Below are positions 26,866 to 37,563 of a DNA stretch of 64,000 nt, one piece after another. Under the pieces are notes generated by a model. That model was given only the letters and a program-made list of their open reading frames with translations. It was not told the DNA's origin and did no database searches. This DNA comes from an uncultured virus (IMG/VR IMGVR_UViG_3300043774_000645) (taxonomy: Duplodnaviria > Heunggongvirae > Uroviricota > Caudoviricetes). Each line of letters opens with the position of its first letter. Within the stretch, counting starts at the first letter, position 1. The translations under genes were made by a program, and so were the position numbers. The stretch lies in the IMG/VR virus record IMGVR_UViG_3300043774_000645, one strand, 5' to 3'.

Positions 26866-27465
26866 TTATTTGTCAAATCCTATTGCTTTGTCCCAGTTTT
26901 TTATTGCCCAGTAACCAATGCCACATGCATCTGCCACATCGTTATCGGTAATTTTTTTATCATACTGAAGATTAATAAATCTAATTGTTTTTTGTTTTCT
27001 TATTTCTCTTTCATTTGATTTATGCCATGCTTCTGACTTACCTAGATTTTTTGATCTTATAAAAAACTTTTCATCTTTAGTTAGCTTGCCATTTCCTAAA
27101 AATATTTGCCAAGTAATTGGAGCAACCTTGCCAATTATTTTTGTTCCAGATTGACCTGCTGCTCCAAGAATAGCGCCTTGAACTAATGCAAGATCTGCAG
27201 CAGTCTTAGGGCTATTCATGAATACAGTATGCTCAATTACTATTGCTTCAAATCCACCATAGTAATCAAAAAATGCTTTAACTTTTTTACCTGCATCCAT
27301 AACTTTTTCATAGGTATCTTTGCCTTCAAACTTAATTTTTCCAATAGCCCCTAATGTTTTTTCTTGTGTATTAAATAAAGCAAAAGCAAGGCTATTGGTA
27401 CTAGCATCAATAGCGCATATTCTTTCTGGAGCAGTAGTTGATCCTGCTTTAATTATCTTGTTCAT
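26866..27465 (-). CDS. RuvC-like Holliday junction resolvase
   Basis: AIDASTNS, IVIEH, LALVQGAI, DNDVADA. Confidence 0.8.
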   Translation of the reverse strand: MNKIIKAGSTTAPERICAIDASTNSLAFALFNTQEKTLGAIGKIKFEGKDTYEKVMDAGKKVKAFFDYYGGFEAIVIEHTVFMNSPKTAADLALVQGAILGAAGQSGTKIIGKVAPITWQIFLGNGKLTKDEKFFIRSKNLGKSEAWHKSNEREIRKQKTIRFINLQYDKKITDNDVADACGIGYWAIKNWDKAIGFDK

Positions 27466-27748
27466 ATTGAACCATACCTTTTATTTCTTTTATCATTTTG
27501 TTTACTAGTTTTTCACTTACGTTACAATTAGAGCAGAACCCAGAGTCATTATATATTGATAGATCTACTCCACACCCACCTAAACACTTTCTTACTTTTC
27601 CTAATCTTTTTTGACGTCGTGTAGCTTGATAGCGTTCTGCTATTTTTTCTTTTGTAGCAAATGTTCTACATTCTTCTGAGCAATAAACTTGATAGCTTAC
27701 CTTTGGAAGAAAATAAATATCGCAATCAAATCTGCTACAAAGTTTCAC
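27449..27748 (-). CDS. Cys-rich zinc-binding hypothetical protein
   Basis: C...C, YCSEEC, CLGGC, CSNC. Confidence 0.65.
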   Translation of the reverse strand: MKLCSRFDCDIYFLPKVSYQVYCSEECRTFATKEKIAERYQATRRQKRLGKVRKCLGGCGVDLSIYNDSGFCSNCNVSEKLVNKMIKEIKGMVQYEQDN

Positions 27749-28568
27749 TCAGTTCCTCTAATGAAGCTATTTTTATTACGCCTGTCCCTGCTTCAAGACA
27801 CGTTGCTTTTACTGGACATGACTTACAAACCTTTGAGTTGTTACGATAATTTTTTGTTGGTAATGTTTGATCTTCCCAAGCCTTACGAACTTCTCTCATC
27901 CAATCAAATGCATAATTAATCCATTTAATATATCCATCATTTACTTCAACAGGAATAATCATTAGATCGTGATTGTTTTTGTTTTCATAGATCAATGCTC
28001 CCTTTGACTTTCCAAGAATCTTCATGTAGATAAGAAGCTGAACTAAGTGACCTGTCTTTGGTTTGTTTGTTTTTTTACGATACTCGTAGGCTTCGCTCAT
28101 CATTGTTTTAATTTCTCCAATGATTTCTTCGCCTTCCCAATCAAGCATTGCATCGCCATATCCAAAGATTGGAGGATCATTGTGAATTACTTTAAACTCT
28201 GTAGTTTTTTCATTTTTGTCATTAATGTATGTCTTTGCAATTCCAGAGTTCATCATTGCTGCCTGAATTCTATCGTGTGACAAAGTACCAGCTGTCATAT
28301 TTGCTGCACCGTAGGCATCAGTGTTGTCTTCAAATGTTGCACCATTAAATGCCAAGTACCAATATCTTGGGCATTCACCATGTCCATATACAATTGTTGA
28401 TGGGGCAAATGTTTTTTTCTGTGTATGCTTTGGACCACGCATAATGGTGTATCCAAGATTAATCTTTTCAATCATAGCATCAGAATCAAAGATATTGTCT
28501 TGATCTATTTTTGCTTGCTTCTTTTCTGATTCCTTTAACATAACCTGCTGTAGTAAACTTTTTGTCAT
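27735..28568 (-). CDS. Cas4-like / PD-(D/E)XK exonuclease
   Basis: CPR..Y, GT..H, GD...GEIKT, QLLIY, C..CP...C Fe-S ligands. Confidence 0.85.
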   Translation of the reverse strand: MTKSLLQQVMLKESEKKQAKIDQDNIFDSDAMIEKINLGYTIMRGPKHTQKKTFAPSTIVYGHGECPRYWYLAFNGATFEDNTDAYGAANMTAGTLSHDRIQAAMMNSGIAKTYINDKNEKTTEFKVIHNDPPIFGYGDAMLDWEGEEIIGEIKTMMSEAYEYRKKTNKPKTGHLVQLLIYMKILGKSKGALIYENKNNHDLMIIPVEVNDGYIKWINYAFDWMREVRKAWEDQTLPTKNYRNNSKVCKSCPVKATCLEAGTGVIKIASLEELSETL

Positions 28569-28603
28569 TTTTATCCCTTTGTTTTATATAAGTATAGCAG
28601 GTA

Positions 28604-28921
28604 CTAGCGCATAATATATTTAAGTGCAGATACTAAATTGTTAATAGACTCTGCTGCAGTATAATAAATATTCTTTTTTGCTCTATCGTTTTTATCAACA
28701 TTTGCCATCCATGTAGCCATGAAGGACATCTTTGCTGCAATTGCTTGTAGTCTTACTATTTCAATACTTGCTACCTGAGTTGGAATGTCTGGCTTAATAA
28801 TTACCTTAGCAATAAATGTTAAAGCAGCAGTAAGTTCCTCATCTTGCATATAGTCTGCAATTTCTGTTAAACCGTTTACCATTTCTAGTGTTGTTTTTGC
28901 TGGTTCATTGTGTTCAGACAT
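28604..28921 (-). CDS. Hypothetical helical protein
   Basis: ORF in gene run. Confidence 0.65.
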   Translation of the reverse strand: MSEHNEPAKTTLEMVNGLTEIADYMQDEELTAALTFIAKVIIKPDIPTQVASIEIVRLQAIAAKMSFMATWMANVDKNDRAKKNIYYTAAESINNLVSALKYIMR

Positions 28922-28922
28922 T

Positions 28923-29207
28923 TTATTTTTCCTCCATTAGTTGTTCTAACATATCTACTCCAATTATAGCAAGTCTTACTTTTGAGTCTCCATCTCCTAT
29001 TACAACAAATATAGCAGGATCTTTTTTATTTTTAATAGCATCAGTTGTTGCTTTTGCCCAAACATCTTTATTAAGAGTAAAAGATTTACCCACTTCTTTA
29101 AAATCAATTACAAAGTCTTTCCAGGAGGCATCTCCTTTTTGCATATTGCGCCCAGAATTTTTATGCTGCTTTGCACCTATACGTTTAGACTCACTTCTTT
29201 CGCTCAT
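28923..29207 (-). CDS. Small PD-(D/E)XK nuclease, Holliday junction resolvase-like
   Basis: E...NSGR..KGD...IDFKE. Confidence 0.65.
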   Translation of the reverse strand: MSERSESKRIGAKQHKNSGRNMQKGDASWKDFVIDFKEVGKSFTLNKDVWAKATTDAIKNKKDPAIFVVIGDGDSKVRLAIIGVDMLEQLMEEK

Positions 29208-29370
29208 AGTCCTTCTTCGTTACTATAATTGGTACCCTTGAAATATGCTTTGCAGTACACATCCAAGTTAGCACACCTGTTTCAGTCCAAAGCCTTATAG
29301 ACTTTACTTCTTCATTGCATGTTTTGCATGGAAACTTACCAGGATATATTGTAAAGTTGTTGTTAGACAT
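29191..29370 (-). CDS. Small zinc-ribbon protein (59 aa, not in ORF track)
   Basis: FPCKTC...WMCTAKH; overlaps both neighbours. Confidence 0.6.
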   Translation of the reverse strand: MSNNNFTIYPGKFPCKTCNEEVKSIRLWTETGVLTWMCTAKHISRVPIIVTKKDYERKK

Positions 29371-30376
29371 TCATCAGTTTATCTGTTAATGATTTTTGCA
29401 AATCAAGATCTTCTTTGACACGATTAATAAATCCTTCACGACCTTGAACTTTTGTTCCATCATCAAGTTTATACCATGCTCCTGTTCGCTCAACTAAACC
29501 AACTAACTCTGCAGTATCAACCAAGTCACCAATGGTATCAATACCAATGTTGTCACCTCTAAAATAAAAATCATACTCACCAGATTGGAACCCTGCAGAT
29601 GTTTTAGAAAACTGAAGTTCCCATTTAATTTTTCTACCAATTTTTTCTTCAATTAATTTATCTCCTATTTGAATCTTTCCTTTAATTGCCTGATTGTCTG
29701 ATTCTGACGAAAACAGTTTAATAACAGTAGATGAATAAAACTTAGTGGCCTGACCACCAGTAGGTTGCTGACTGGTGTACATAGCACTAATGTTGTTTCG
29801 TGACTGAGAAATAAGAACCAGTAAAGTAGGTTTTACTTTATTGTTAGCATAGTTTAACATTTTCCAAGCATTACTAAAGTCTCTTGACTCTGCACCAATT
29901 TGTTTTGTATTTTCAAGCTGTTTAAGTTCATCTGTATCTTTTTCAAAATACATTGCAGGAAGAAGTGAAGTTATACTATCTATAACAATTATATCAACAC
30001 CTGCATTCATTAAACTTGTTCCAACATCAACCATTTCATTGATGGTTCTAGCCTGTGAATAAATAAGTTTTGTTGAATCTACACCAAGTAGTTTTGCCCA
30101 CTCTTCATCATAAGACATTTCAGCATCAATCCATGCACAAACTTTTCCTTCTGCTTGAGCCAGAGCAATCATTTGAAGGCACATAGAAGACTTTGCAGAT
30201 GACTTGGATCCCCACACAAGAACCTGTCTACCATATGGAAGTCCACCCTTTAAGGCTCTGTTTAAACCAAAGCTTGGAGTTGCTGCATAACTAACTTTTT
30301 GTCCTGTAGCATCACCAAGTCTTTTACGAATTCTTGGATCTAGTTGTGCTAATACTTCTTCCATTGTTACTGACAT
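29363..30376 (-). CDS. recA: RecA/UvsX-like recombinase
   Basis: GGLPYGR, WGSKSSAKS Walker A, WIDAE, IVIDS, TGGQATKFYSS, GAWY. Confidence 0.92.
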   Translation of the reverse strand: MSVTMEEVLAQLDPRIRKRLGDATGQKVSYAATPSFGLNRALKGGLPYGRQVLVWGSKSSAKSSMCLQMIALAQAEGKVCAWIDAEMSYDEEWAKLLGVDSTKLIYSQARTINEMVDVGTSLMNAGVDIIVIDSITSLLPAMYFEKDTDELKQLENTKQIGAESRDFSNAWKMLNYANNKVKPTLLVLISQSRNNISAMYTSQQPTGGQATKFYSSTVIKLFSSESDNQAIKGKIQIGDKLIEEKIGRKIKWELQFSKTSAGFQSGEYDFYFRGDNIGIDTIGDLVDTAELVGLVERTGAWYKLDDGTKVQGREGFINRVKEDLDLQKSLTDKLMNV

Positions 30377-30394
30377 TAATTTATTACCTTATCC

Positions 30395-33300
30395 TTATGC
30401 ACTAGTTATATCCTCTAAAGTTACTGTTCCATCTTTTGTTTTACCTGTCTTAACAGTATACACTTTACCTTCTTCAATTGTCATATATGCCTTTGCAAAT
30501 GCCGTTGGAAATACAACAATTGAGTGTAAATCTCTGCCAGCATCAGCAATAACAAGAGATGCCATTTTCTTTCCAGCCTTAGTCATTCTTGGCTTAAAAG
30601 AAATTGCCATTGATTCCCCTTCTTTAAATGGAAGCATTTTGTAGTTTAAAAATTTAACAAGAGCACTTTTTGATTCTTTTATTTCATCAACAGGAACAGA
30701 TGAAACAATTCTATTGTCACTAACCAATATTAAGTATGTTCTACCAGTTTCAATGGATGTATTTTCTTCATCAAAAATACCAACACTTCCTGTCTTATCT
30801 AAAAATTCTACTCTTGACCAACCAGTACCACGCTTTATTGATTTAATCATTCCCATCATAATAAAAGAACCTTGCTCTTCATAATCACATGCATCTTGAA
30901 TATATGCATAATAATGTTGTGGAATTGACATATTAAACTCTGGTAGGTTTAAATACTCATATAAGTTTTCTTTTACTTCTTGGTCATTTCTTGGTTGATC
31001 AGAAAACGTTGCTGCGCCAATAATTCGTAATGCTTGAAGAGCACGACTGTTAACTCCGTTTCCTTTAGTAAAAGTAAACTCTTCAAGTTGAGCGTATGAA
31101 TTGAAAGGCCTAGCAGCCATGTACTTTTCTGCAATTTTGTCAGAAATAAACTTAATACCTGACAAACCAAATCGTATGCCCTTACCTTCAATTTTAAAAT
31201 CAATATCTGATTCATTAATGTGAGGTAGCTTAACACTAATCCCCATTCTTTTAGCTTCAATAAGGTATTCAGTTCTTGCATCTTTATCCTTTTCATTTTT
31301 TAAAAGTGAGTACATAAATTCTAATGGGTAGTAATATTTTAACCATGCTGTCCAATATGACAGTGTTGAGTATGCTACTGCGTGAGACTTGTTAAATGAG
31401 TACCCTGCGTGAGCCTCAAAGTCATGCCAAAGATCTAAAGCAACATTAGGACTAATAAACTTAGAAGCCCCAGACACAAAGCGATCCTTAAACTCATCAA
31501 ACTCTTTAGCATCTTTTTTCTTTCCAATAATTTTTCTGACTTTATCTGCTTCCGACATGGACATACCGCCAAGGGATACGCATGCTTGCATAACTTGTTC
31601 CTGGTAAAGAATACAGCCATAGGTGTCCTCCGTAATTTTCTTTAAAACTTCATGCTTATAGTCTGGATTTTGACGACCATGCTTAATAGCAATATAGTCT
31701 TTTCCAATTGTATTGGCTGCTCCTGGACGAACCAAAGCATTTGATGCAGCAAGTTCATCAAGATTTTTTACACGCATCTTAACTAATAGGTTTGTGTATG
31801 GTGCTGCTTCACATTGAAATACACCCTTTGTGTATCCATCAGATAGCATATTATATACGTTAGCATCTTCCATATCAATCTTTAGTGGATCAATCTTTGT
31901 ACCTTCACGTTCTTTAATAATGTCAATACAGTTTTTAATTACCGTCAAAGTTTTAAGTCCAAGTGCATCAATTTTAATTAATCCAATATTTTCAGCTTCT
32001 CCCATATCTACAGCAACAACAGGAATACGGTCATCAGATCCAGTTACAGAGCGTGTTTCCATTGGTGCATATCTAAATATAGGGTCTTTACTTGTAACAA
32101 CACCAGCAGCATGAATACCAGTTCCCTTAATACGTCCTCGTAATTGTTCTCCGTAAATTTCTACTTCTGGATATTTTTCTCTAAACCATGCGGAGCTTTT
32201 TGAAGTGCAGTATTCTTCCCACGTATCAATTTGCTTATTTACTTTATTTGCATCTGCTAGTGGAATATTTAATACACGAGAAACATCTTTCACAATATTT
32301 TTATTGTTGAACTGCATAAAGGTTGCAATAGATGCAACATGGCGATATTGTCTAACAAGATAGTCTTTGACTTCATCACGTCTTGTATCTTGAATGTCTG
32401 AGTCAATGTCTGGAAAGTCATTACGTTCTGGATTAATAAATCGGAAAAAAAGCAATCCGTGCTTTATTGGATCAATATCAGTAATTCCAAGAGCATAACA
32501 AAGAAGAGAACCTGCAGCAGAACCACGACCTGGGCCAACCATAATGTCTTCCTTTTTGGCCCAGTTTAACATATTGCGAACAACTAGAAAATACGGAGCA
32601 AAACTTTTATCTTGAATTACTTTTAATTCTTCTTCAAGTCTTAGTATGTATTCTTCGTTTTTATCAAGTTTGTGATCTACTAATCCTTGCATAGCAAGAT
32701 CTTTTAATTCTTTATCTGGATTAAGGTATTGAACTGGAAGTAGATCAAGCCCAGACTTAACATCGTAATCTTCAATCTTATTCATAATTTCTAAAGTGCT
32801 AGTAAACATTTCTTCATCTACATGACCTTGCTCAGCCATAGCAGACTTCATTTCTTCATACGAAAGCAAGTGAATGTCAAAAGACCTAAAAGACATTTTT
32901 CTGTCTGCACCATACAAATAGTCAAGACGTTCCATCATATTCTCATGTTTTTTAGACTTTTCAAATGTTGAATCTTTTTCAACTTTACCATGGGTGTTAA
33001 GCAATAACATCATTTCTTGAATTTCTTTTTGACTTGGATCTGAATGATGACAGTCTGGTGTTACTACAGTTTTAACATTAAATGCTTTTGCAAGAGCAAC
33101 AAGTTGATCATTAATACTTTTAGGATTGTGTGGCATGAGCTCAACATAAAAGTCATCACCAAATCTATTTTTAAACCAAGACATCTTTTCTTTTGCAAAT
33201 GCATATTCTTCATGTTCAATTGCTTTTGCAATAATTCCACCCTGACAAGCAGAAAGAACAATTATGTCGTCTCCATGTTTGTCAAGAATTTCAAAATCAA

Positions 33301-33670
33301 AACGTGGTTTACTGTGAAAACCTTCAGTCCACGCTACTTCATTAATTTTGTTTAGATTTTCTAAACCATTTTGGTTCTTGGCGAGAAGGACTAAGTGGAA
33401 AAAGTTAACATCAAGTGGGCCAATACGATCTTTCTTAGCCTTCTTATCATGTCTATCTAATGCCAAATAGCCTTCTACGCCAAGTATTGGTTTGATGCCC
33501 TTTGCTTTTGCAAGACGATGCAGTTCTCTATGCCCAGATAAGGTCCCGTGATCTGTGATAGCCAGTGCTGGCATACCAAGTTCAACTGCTCGGTCAACGT
33601 ATTCTTCTGGAGTAGCAACACCATCCATTAAGGAAAAGTGTGTATGGACATGCAAACCAACGTAGTTCAT
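30395..33670 (-). CDS. dnaE: DNA polymerase III alpha subunit
   Basis: PHP HVHTHFS/ITDHG, GPGRGSAAGS, FPDIDSD, HAAGVV, KIDALGL, YSFNKSHA. Confidence 0.97.
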   Translation of the reverse strand: MNYVGLHVHTHFSLMDGVATPEEYVDRAVELGMPALAITDHGTLSGHRELHRLAKAKGIKPILGVEGYLALDRHDKKAKKDRIGPLDVNFFHLVLLAKNQNGLENLNKINEVAWTEGFHSKPRFDFEILDKHGDDIIVLSACQGGIIAKAIEHEEYAFAKEKMSWFKNRFGDDFYVELMPHNPKSINDQLVALAKAFNVKTVVTPDCHHSDPSQKEIQEMMLLLNTHGKVEKDSTFEKSKKHENMMERLDYLYGADRKMSFRSFDIHLLSYEEMKSAMAEQGHVDEEMFTSTLEIMNKIEDYDVKSGLDLLPVQYLNPDKELKDLAMQGLVDHKLDKNEEYILRLEEELKVIQDKSFAPYFLVVRNMLNWAKKEDIMVGPGRGSAAGSLLCYALGITDIDPIKHGLLFFRFINPERNDFPDIDSDIQDTRRDEVKDYLVRQYRHVASIATFMQFNNKNIVKDVSRVLNIPLADANKVNKQIDTWEEYCTSKSSAWFREKYPEVEIYGEQLRGRIKGTGIHAAGVVTSKDPIFRYAPMETRSVTGSDDRIPVVAVDMGEAENIGLIKIDALGLKTLTVIKNCIDIIKEREGTKIDPLKIDMEDANVYNMLSDGYTKGVFQCEAAPYTNLLVKMRVKNLDELAASNALVRPGAANTIGKDYIAIKHGRQNPDYKHEVLKKITEDTYGCILYQEQVMQACVSLGGMSMSEADKVRKIIGKKKDAKEFDEFKDRFVSGASKFISPNVALDLWHDFEAHAGYSFNKSHAVAYSTLSYWTAWLKYYYPLEFMYSLLKNEKDKDARTEYLIEAKRMGISVKLPHINESDIDFKIEGKGIRFGLSGIKFISDKIAEKYMAARPFNSYAQLEEFTFTKGNGVNSRALQALRIIGAATFSDQPRNDQEVKENLYEYLNLPEFNMSIPQHYYAYIQDACDYEEQGSFIMMGMIKSIKRGTGWSRVEFLDKTGSVGIFDEENTSIETGRTYLILVSDNRIVSSVPVDEIKESKSALVKFLNYKMLPFKEGESMAISFKPRMTKAGKKMASLVIADAGRDLHSIVVFPTAFAKAYMTIEEGKVYTVKTGKTKDGTVTLEDITSA

Positions 33671-33673
33671 CTA

Positions 33674-34327
33674 TTACCAGTCAGCGTTTGCTGATGATGT
33701 TGATGGACCATCAAAGCCTAGATAAAAGGCTTCTTGTTCAGCATAAGGAATTTTGTTAAGAGCCTTCTCTAGTGGGAATGGCTCTACACCTGTCCAATCA
33801 AATGGTTCCTTATCTGGTGCACTTGGAATAAGAGTGTAACTTGTTTCAGTACCCTGACCATTACGCTTTACCTTCCAAGTAAGATTTGAAATGCTTCCTG
33901 TCTCAAGAGCATATTCACGAATAGTGTTAAATGCAGATTGCTTGCTTACACCCATTGACCAAATAGACACATATGGTGCTTCAATGCCATCATCTACAAG
34001 AACATTGCAATAGAAACGCAGACGAGCTCTCCAGCCAGCCTTCATGTCTTTACGATGCATCTCTTCAGCCCAGTCACGGCCTTCTGTATCCATAGTATCT
34101 ACAGCCTTGCGCTTATAGTCTTTTGGATTTGTGTGCTCTGAAACAACAAGAGCTAAACCACGAGCCTCATTATAATTTGCTGAGTCTTCGTCAAGTTCTT
34201 CAATGAAACGAATTTTTACTGCTTGTCCGTCAGCTAACTTTAGCCAACGAACTTTTGTTCCCGTACCTTCATACTTAGGCTTGTCAACTAGGGCATTTAT
34301 ATCTTTTAGACCTCTTACGATTGCCAT
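33674..34327 (-). CDS. Single-stranded DNA-binding protein (gp32-like)
   Basis: WLKLADG..KIRF, KRNGQGTET.Y, acidic/aromatic C-terminus; lies between primase and polymerase. Confidence 0.6.
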   Translation of the reverse strand: MAIVRGLKDINALVDKPKYEGTGTKVRWLKLADGQAVKIRFIEELDEDSANYNEARGLALVVSEHTNPKDYKRKAVDTMDTEGRDWAEEMHRKDMKAGWRARLRFYCNVLVDDGIEAPYVSIWSMGVSKQSAFNTIREYALETGSISNLTWKVKRNGQGTETSYTLIPSAPDKEPFDWTGVEPFPLEKALNKIPYAEQEAFYLGFDGPSTSSANADW

Positions 34328-34356
34328 TTATTTTCTCCTTATATTTTGTATGTATT

Positions 34357-35280
34357 TTATTTTAGCATAGCAGCAATAGAATTGTCAAATGAAAACTCAA
34401 GTTTCTTAATAGCTTCATCATTCATATCGCCAATATCCTTATATTTTTTATCTATGTTTGTTATTGTTACAAGGCTTCCTAATTTTTCAACTAGTTTATC
34501 TTTCATTATAGATCCAGCCTCGTCATTGTCTGCAATAAGTACAATATTGTTAAAGTACTTTTCTAATAATCTGATTTGTGATACAGATACATTAGCACCC
34601 AGAGTAGCAACTGCTGGGAATCCTACTTGATCAAGTCTTATAGCATCAAAAGATGATTCAACTACATAGACTGTTGATGATGTTTTAATCCTGTGTAAGT
34701 TAAAAAGAATTTTACTTTTTGCAAGTCCTGGAGTGTTTTTAAATTCTTTACCCTCAATTGTTCTAGCAACAAATCCAATACACATTCCATCTGGTGTTGA
34801 CATTGGGATAGTTACTGAATCTTGTTTTTCTGAATATCCTAAATTAAATTTTATCACAGAGTCTTTTGTAATACTGCGACCTTCAAAATATCTCATTGCT
34901 CTTGGTGATTCAATTGCCTGATTATTTAATCTTTTAATTAAAAGCTCATCATACTGAACAAAATCTGCTGGAGTATATAATGTTTTATCTATTAAAGAAG
35001 CAATATTTGTTTCTTGCTGTTTGCTTGAAATATATCTTACGGTTTCAAAGTATGTTCTACCAGACATAAACATAATTAGTTCAATTAAGTTTTTAGTTGT
35101 TTGACATCCAAAACAAAAAAACAATCCAGACTCTTTGGAAACTTCTCCAGCAGGTGTGCGATTATTGTTATGGTATGGGCAAAATATAATAAAGTCAGAT
35201 CCAAACTCTGCCTCAATGTCAATTCCAGCACCGTTTAGTACTCTGCGTATTTGTTCTTCTGAGTATAAATCTTTATGCAT
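34357..35280 (-). CDS. DNA primase (zinc finger plus Toprim)
   Basis: CPYH...FCFGC; VVESSFDA; ADNDEAG; KDIGDM. Confidence 0.92.
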   Translation of the reverse strand: MHKDLYSEEQIRRVLNGAGIDIEAEFGSDFIIFCPYHNNNRTPAGEVSKESGLFFCFGCQTTKNLIELIMFMSGRTYFETVRYISSKQQETNIASLIDKTLYTPADFVQYDELLIKRLNNQAIESPRAMRYFEGRSITKDSVIKFNLGYSEKQDSVTIPMSTPDGMCIGFVARTIEGKEFKNTPGLAKSKILFNLHRIKTSSTVYVVESSFDAIRLDQVGFPAVATLGANVSVSQIRLLEKYFNNIVLIADNDEAGSIMKDKLVEKLGSLVTITNIDKKYKDIGDMNDEAIKKLEFSFDNSIAAMLK

Positions 35281-36499
35281 TTTTATCTTCAAAGTCTTTA
35301 TAGCGATAATATCCTTTATCAAAATCACACTGAACTAAAAAGTCTCCCATAAAACCATTACGATTTTTTCTAAATGCACACTCAATAATGTCACTATTAG
35401 CTGAACGGCCTAGCGCAAGAACCCAATCAGCATCATAGGCAATTTGTCTAGACCATGCTGTTTGAGCCAGTGTAGGGACTGTAGACAAGTCTTTGACGTC
35501 ATCTGGTGTTGCAGAGGATATAGCAATAATAGGAACTTCTTCACTAATAGCCATAAGCTTTAGTTCACGAGATAGATTCTTCATCTTTACCGTTTCATTG
35601 TCAGCTTTTTGGTTTGGCGACATTAATTGTAAATAATCTACCACAACAAAATCAGGTTTGTATTGATCAATTTTTCCACGAATAACTGATGGAGTAACTT
35701 CTCCACCGTTATCGTTTGAAATAATATGAAATGGTGGACGACCATCAAGCTTTGAAGCATGCCACTTTTTCATCATATCTAACTCAACTTCACCATTTGA
35801 TAGTTTTCTGTGAGACCATAAACCTTCACCCATAATTGTATAGGCACGATTACGAACTTCTGTTTCACTCATTTCAAGAGAAATAATAAGTGGTGTCTTT
35901 CCTTGTTTCCATGCCTGAACAGCAAAATATAAAGCCATCCATGACTTTCCAATTCCAGGATATGCAAGGAATACTCCAAGTTGTCCAGGCATAATTCCAG
36001 AAGGCAGATAGTTATCAAATCCTGGCAATCCAGTTTTAATTCCACGCTTTCCTAAAGCATTGTCTGCTTTTACTTGCTCAAAGTATGCAATAGCAGAATC
36101 AATATCAATTGCATCAATATCACGAATAGCCGATGTATTCTTTTTTAGTTCTGAAGTCTTTGTAATAATTTGTTCAAGTGCTGTAACCCCTTGCCCAGAC
36201 TGAACCTCTCCTGCTGCAGATCTAAGAATATCCTTAAGACTATCGTTTAAGTATTCTGCTTGAAGTTCTTCTAGGTGGTGTTTTGTTGCTCCTACTCCAC
36301 TGACTGGAATAAAGTCTCTAAATTTTTCTACAACTAAATTTGTTGGTGGTACTGTGCCATTATTTTCTGAATACAGCCTAATAAAATTCCAAACATCTTT
36401 GTGGCTTCTTAATAGTACTTCTACATTTGCTTGCAATAATACATGAACTTGTTTATCTTCAAGTACTGCAGATATTACCTTAGCCTCTGTATTATTCAC
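35273..36499 (-). CDS. dnaB: DnaB-like replicative helicase
   Basis: AYPGIGKS, SLEMS, VVDYLQLM, SRELKLMA, IAYDAD, KNRNG. Confidence 0.93.
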   Translation of the reverse strand: MNNTEAKVISAVLEDKQVHVLLQANVEVLLRSHKDVWNFIRLYSENNGTVPPTNLVVEKFRDFIPVSGVGATKHHLEELQAEYLNDSLKDILRSAAGEVQSGQGVTALEQIITKTSELKKNTSAIRDIDAIDIDSAIAYFEQVKADNALGKRGIKTGLPGFDNYLPSGIMPGQLGVFLAYPGIGKSWMALYFAVQAWKQGKTPLIISLEMSETEVRNRAYTIMGEGLWSHRKLSNGEVELDMMKKWHASKLDGRPPFHIISNDNGGEVTPSVIRGKIDQYKPDFVVVDYLQLMSPNQKADNETVKMKNLSRELKLMAISEEVPIIAISSATPDDVKDLSTVPTLAQTAWSRQIAYDADWVLALGRSANSDIIECAFRKNRNGFMGDFLVQCDFDKGYYRYKDFEDKNA

Positions 36500-36800
36500 T
36501 TAACCACTCTTTCGCTTTTGCTCTTAATTCTTTTCTTTGTTTAATATCTTGCTCTACTTCTATCTTACCATTAAGAATTTTTTCTGCGTTGTATGCAAAA
36601 TAATTCCAGCTAGGTTCTTGTGCAACACTAAAATAATACTCTAGTAAATCATAGCAAGCACTAATTCCATAGGACTCAACTAAAGCATCTGAAGACCACT
36701 GCTCTACATTTAAATTCATGTTTGACTTGCGCTCATACTTTTTAGTATAAAGCTTGTTAAAGCGACTGAGCAAAGCCATTCTGTCTTTGCGTTCAGCCAT
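36492..36800 (-). CDS. Hypothetical protein
   Basis: Coupled upstream of helicase. Confidence 0.65.
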   Translation of the reverse strand: MAERKDRMALLSRFNKLYTKKYERKSNMNLNVEQWSSDALVESYGISACYDLLEYYFSVAQEPSWNYFAYNAEKILNGKIEVEQDIKQRKELRAKAKEWLSE

Positions 36801-37006
36801 TATTCTTCTAGTTCAGCCTTAGCTTCATTAATCTTTGAAGCAAGCTTATCTTCAACAAACTTGTAAACTCTTTCAAACGCCTGATCTACATTTTCACCTT
36901 CTCGCTTTGAGTCAATAATTCCAAGATCAAGCCTCAATGACTGAAAGTTTCCAAGGTTAAGCGTATATCCAAGTGTTACATTAATCTTTGTTTCTTCGTT
37001 ATTCAT
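36800..37006 (-). CDS. Hypothetical protein
   Basis: LGYTLNLGNFQSLRLD motif; ATG 37006. Confidence 0.65.
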   Translation of the reverse strand: MNNEETKINVTLGYTLNLGNFQSLRLDLGIIDSKREGENVDQAFERVYKFVEDKLASKINEAKAELEE

Positions 37007-37020
37007 GTGCCCCCCAAGGC

Positions 37021-37563
37021 TTAAATGCTTTCGCTCCAAGTAGGAATAAACCTACCATCTTCTGTCTTCGTATATGTAAGTATACCGTCTCCCATTCGCC
37101 TTGTCAATTCTTGGCTAGTTGGAGTCATGTTATTTGTTATTAATTTGTCTTTTCTTGGTTGTCCAATATGTATAGTAGAAAGTATAGCACGGATATCTCT
37201 TACTTGAGATTCTGAATAATACGATCTAATTCTAAACCCACGTTCCCCATTAAGCTTTGCTCCTATTGGTGGAGGTATCATTCCTGACTTCATTAACTTA
37301 GGCATGTATTTTCTATGTCTATTGACAAGTACTGCAGTTTCTGCTACAGTATATGCTCTTTCTCTATTCCGACGAAAATCAGAACGCAAACATGTTTCAA
37401 ATCTATCTTGAGTTATATTATAAAAAGAAACCATTCCAGTAGATCTTGAGCTATGATGAAATCTAACTAAATCATTATTAAGAAACCAAATTTTTTGATT
37501 TCCTTTAATTATAGCTTCGTTATTGTATTCTTCGCTCTGTATTTTTCCTTTAGCAGTAGCCAT
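37021..37563 (-). CDS. Putative DNA-binding (MerR/Xis-like HTH) protein
   Basis: YTVAETAVLVNRH...GMIPPP...YYSESQV. Confidence 0.55.
   Translation of the reverse strand: MATAKGKIQSEEYNNEAIIKGNQKIWFLNNDLVRFHHSSRSTGMVSFYNITQDRFETCLRSDFRRNRERAYTVAETAVLVNRHRKYMPKLMKSGMIPPPIGAKLNGERGFRIRSYYSESQVRDIRAILSTIHIGQPRKDKLITNNMTPTSQELTRRMGDGILTYTKTEDGRFIPTWSESI

Noticed and set aside
27735..28568. Cas4-like gene as a sign of CRISPR-Cas
   Set aside because: No repeat-spacer array or other cas genes seen; solo Cas4-like exonucleases are common in phage recombination modules.
24058..36499. Inteins or introns in terminase, RecA, DnaE or DnaB
   Set aside because: Lengths are ordinary, ORFs are uninterrupted, and no C...HN splice motifs or LAGLIDADG insertions were seen.
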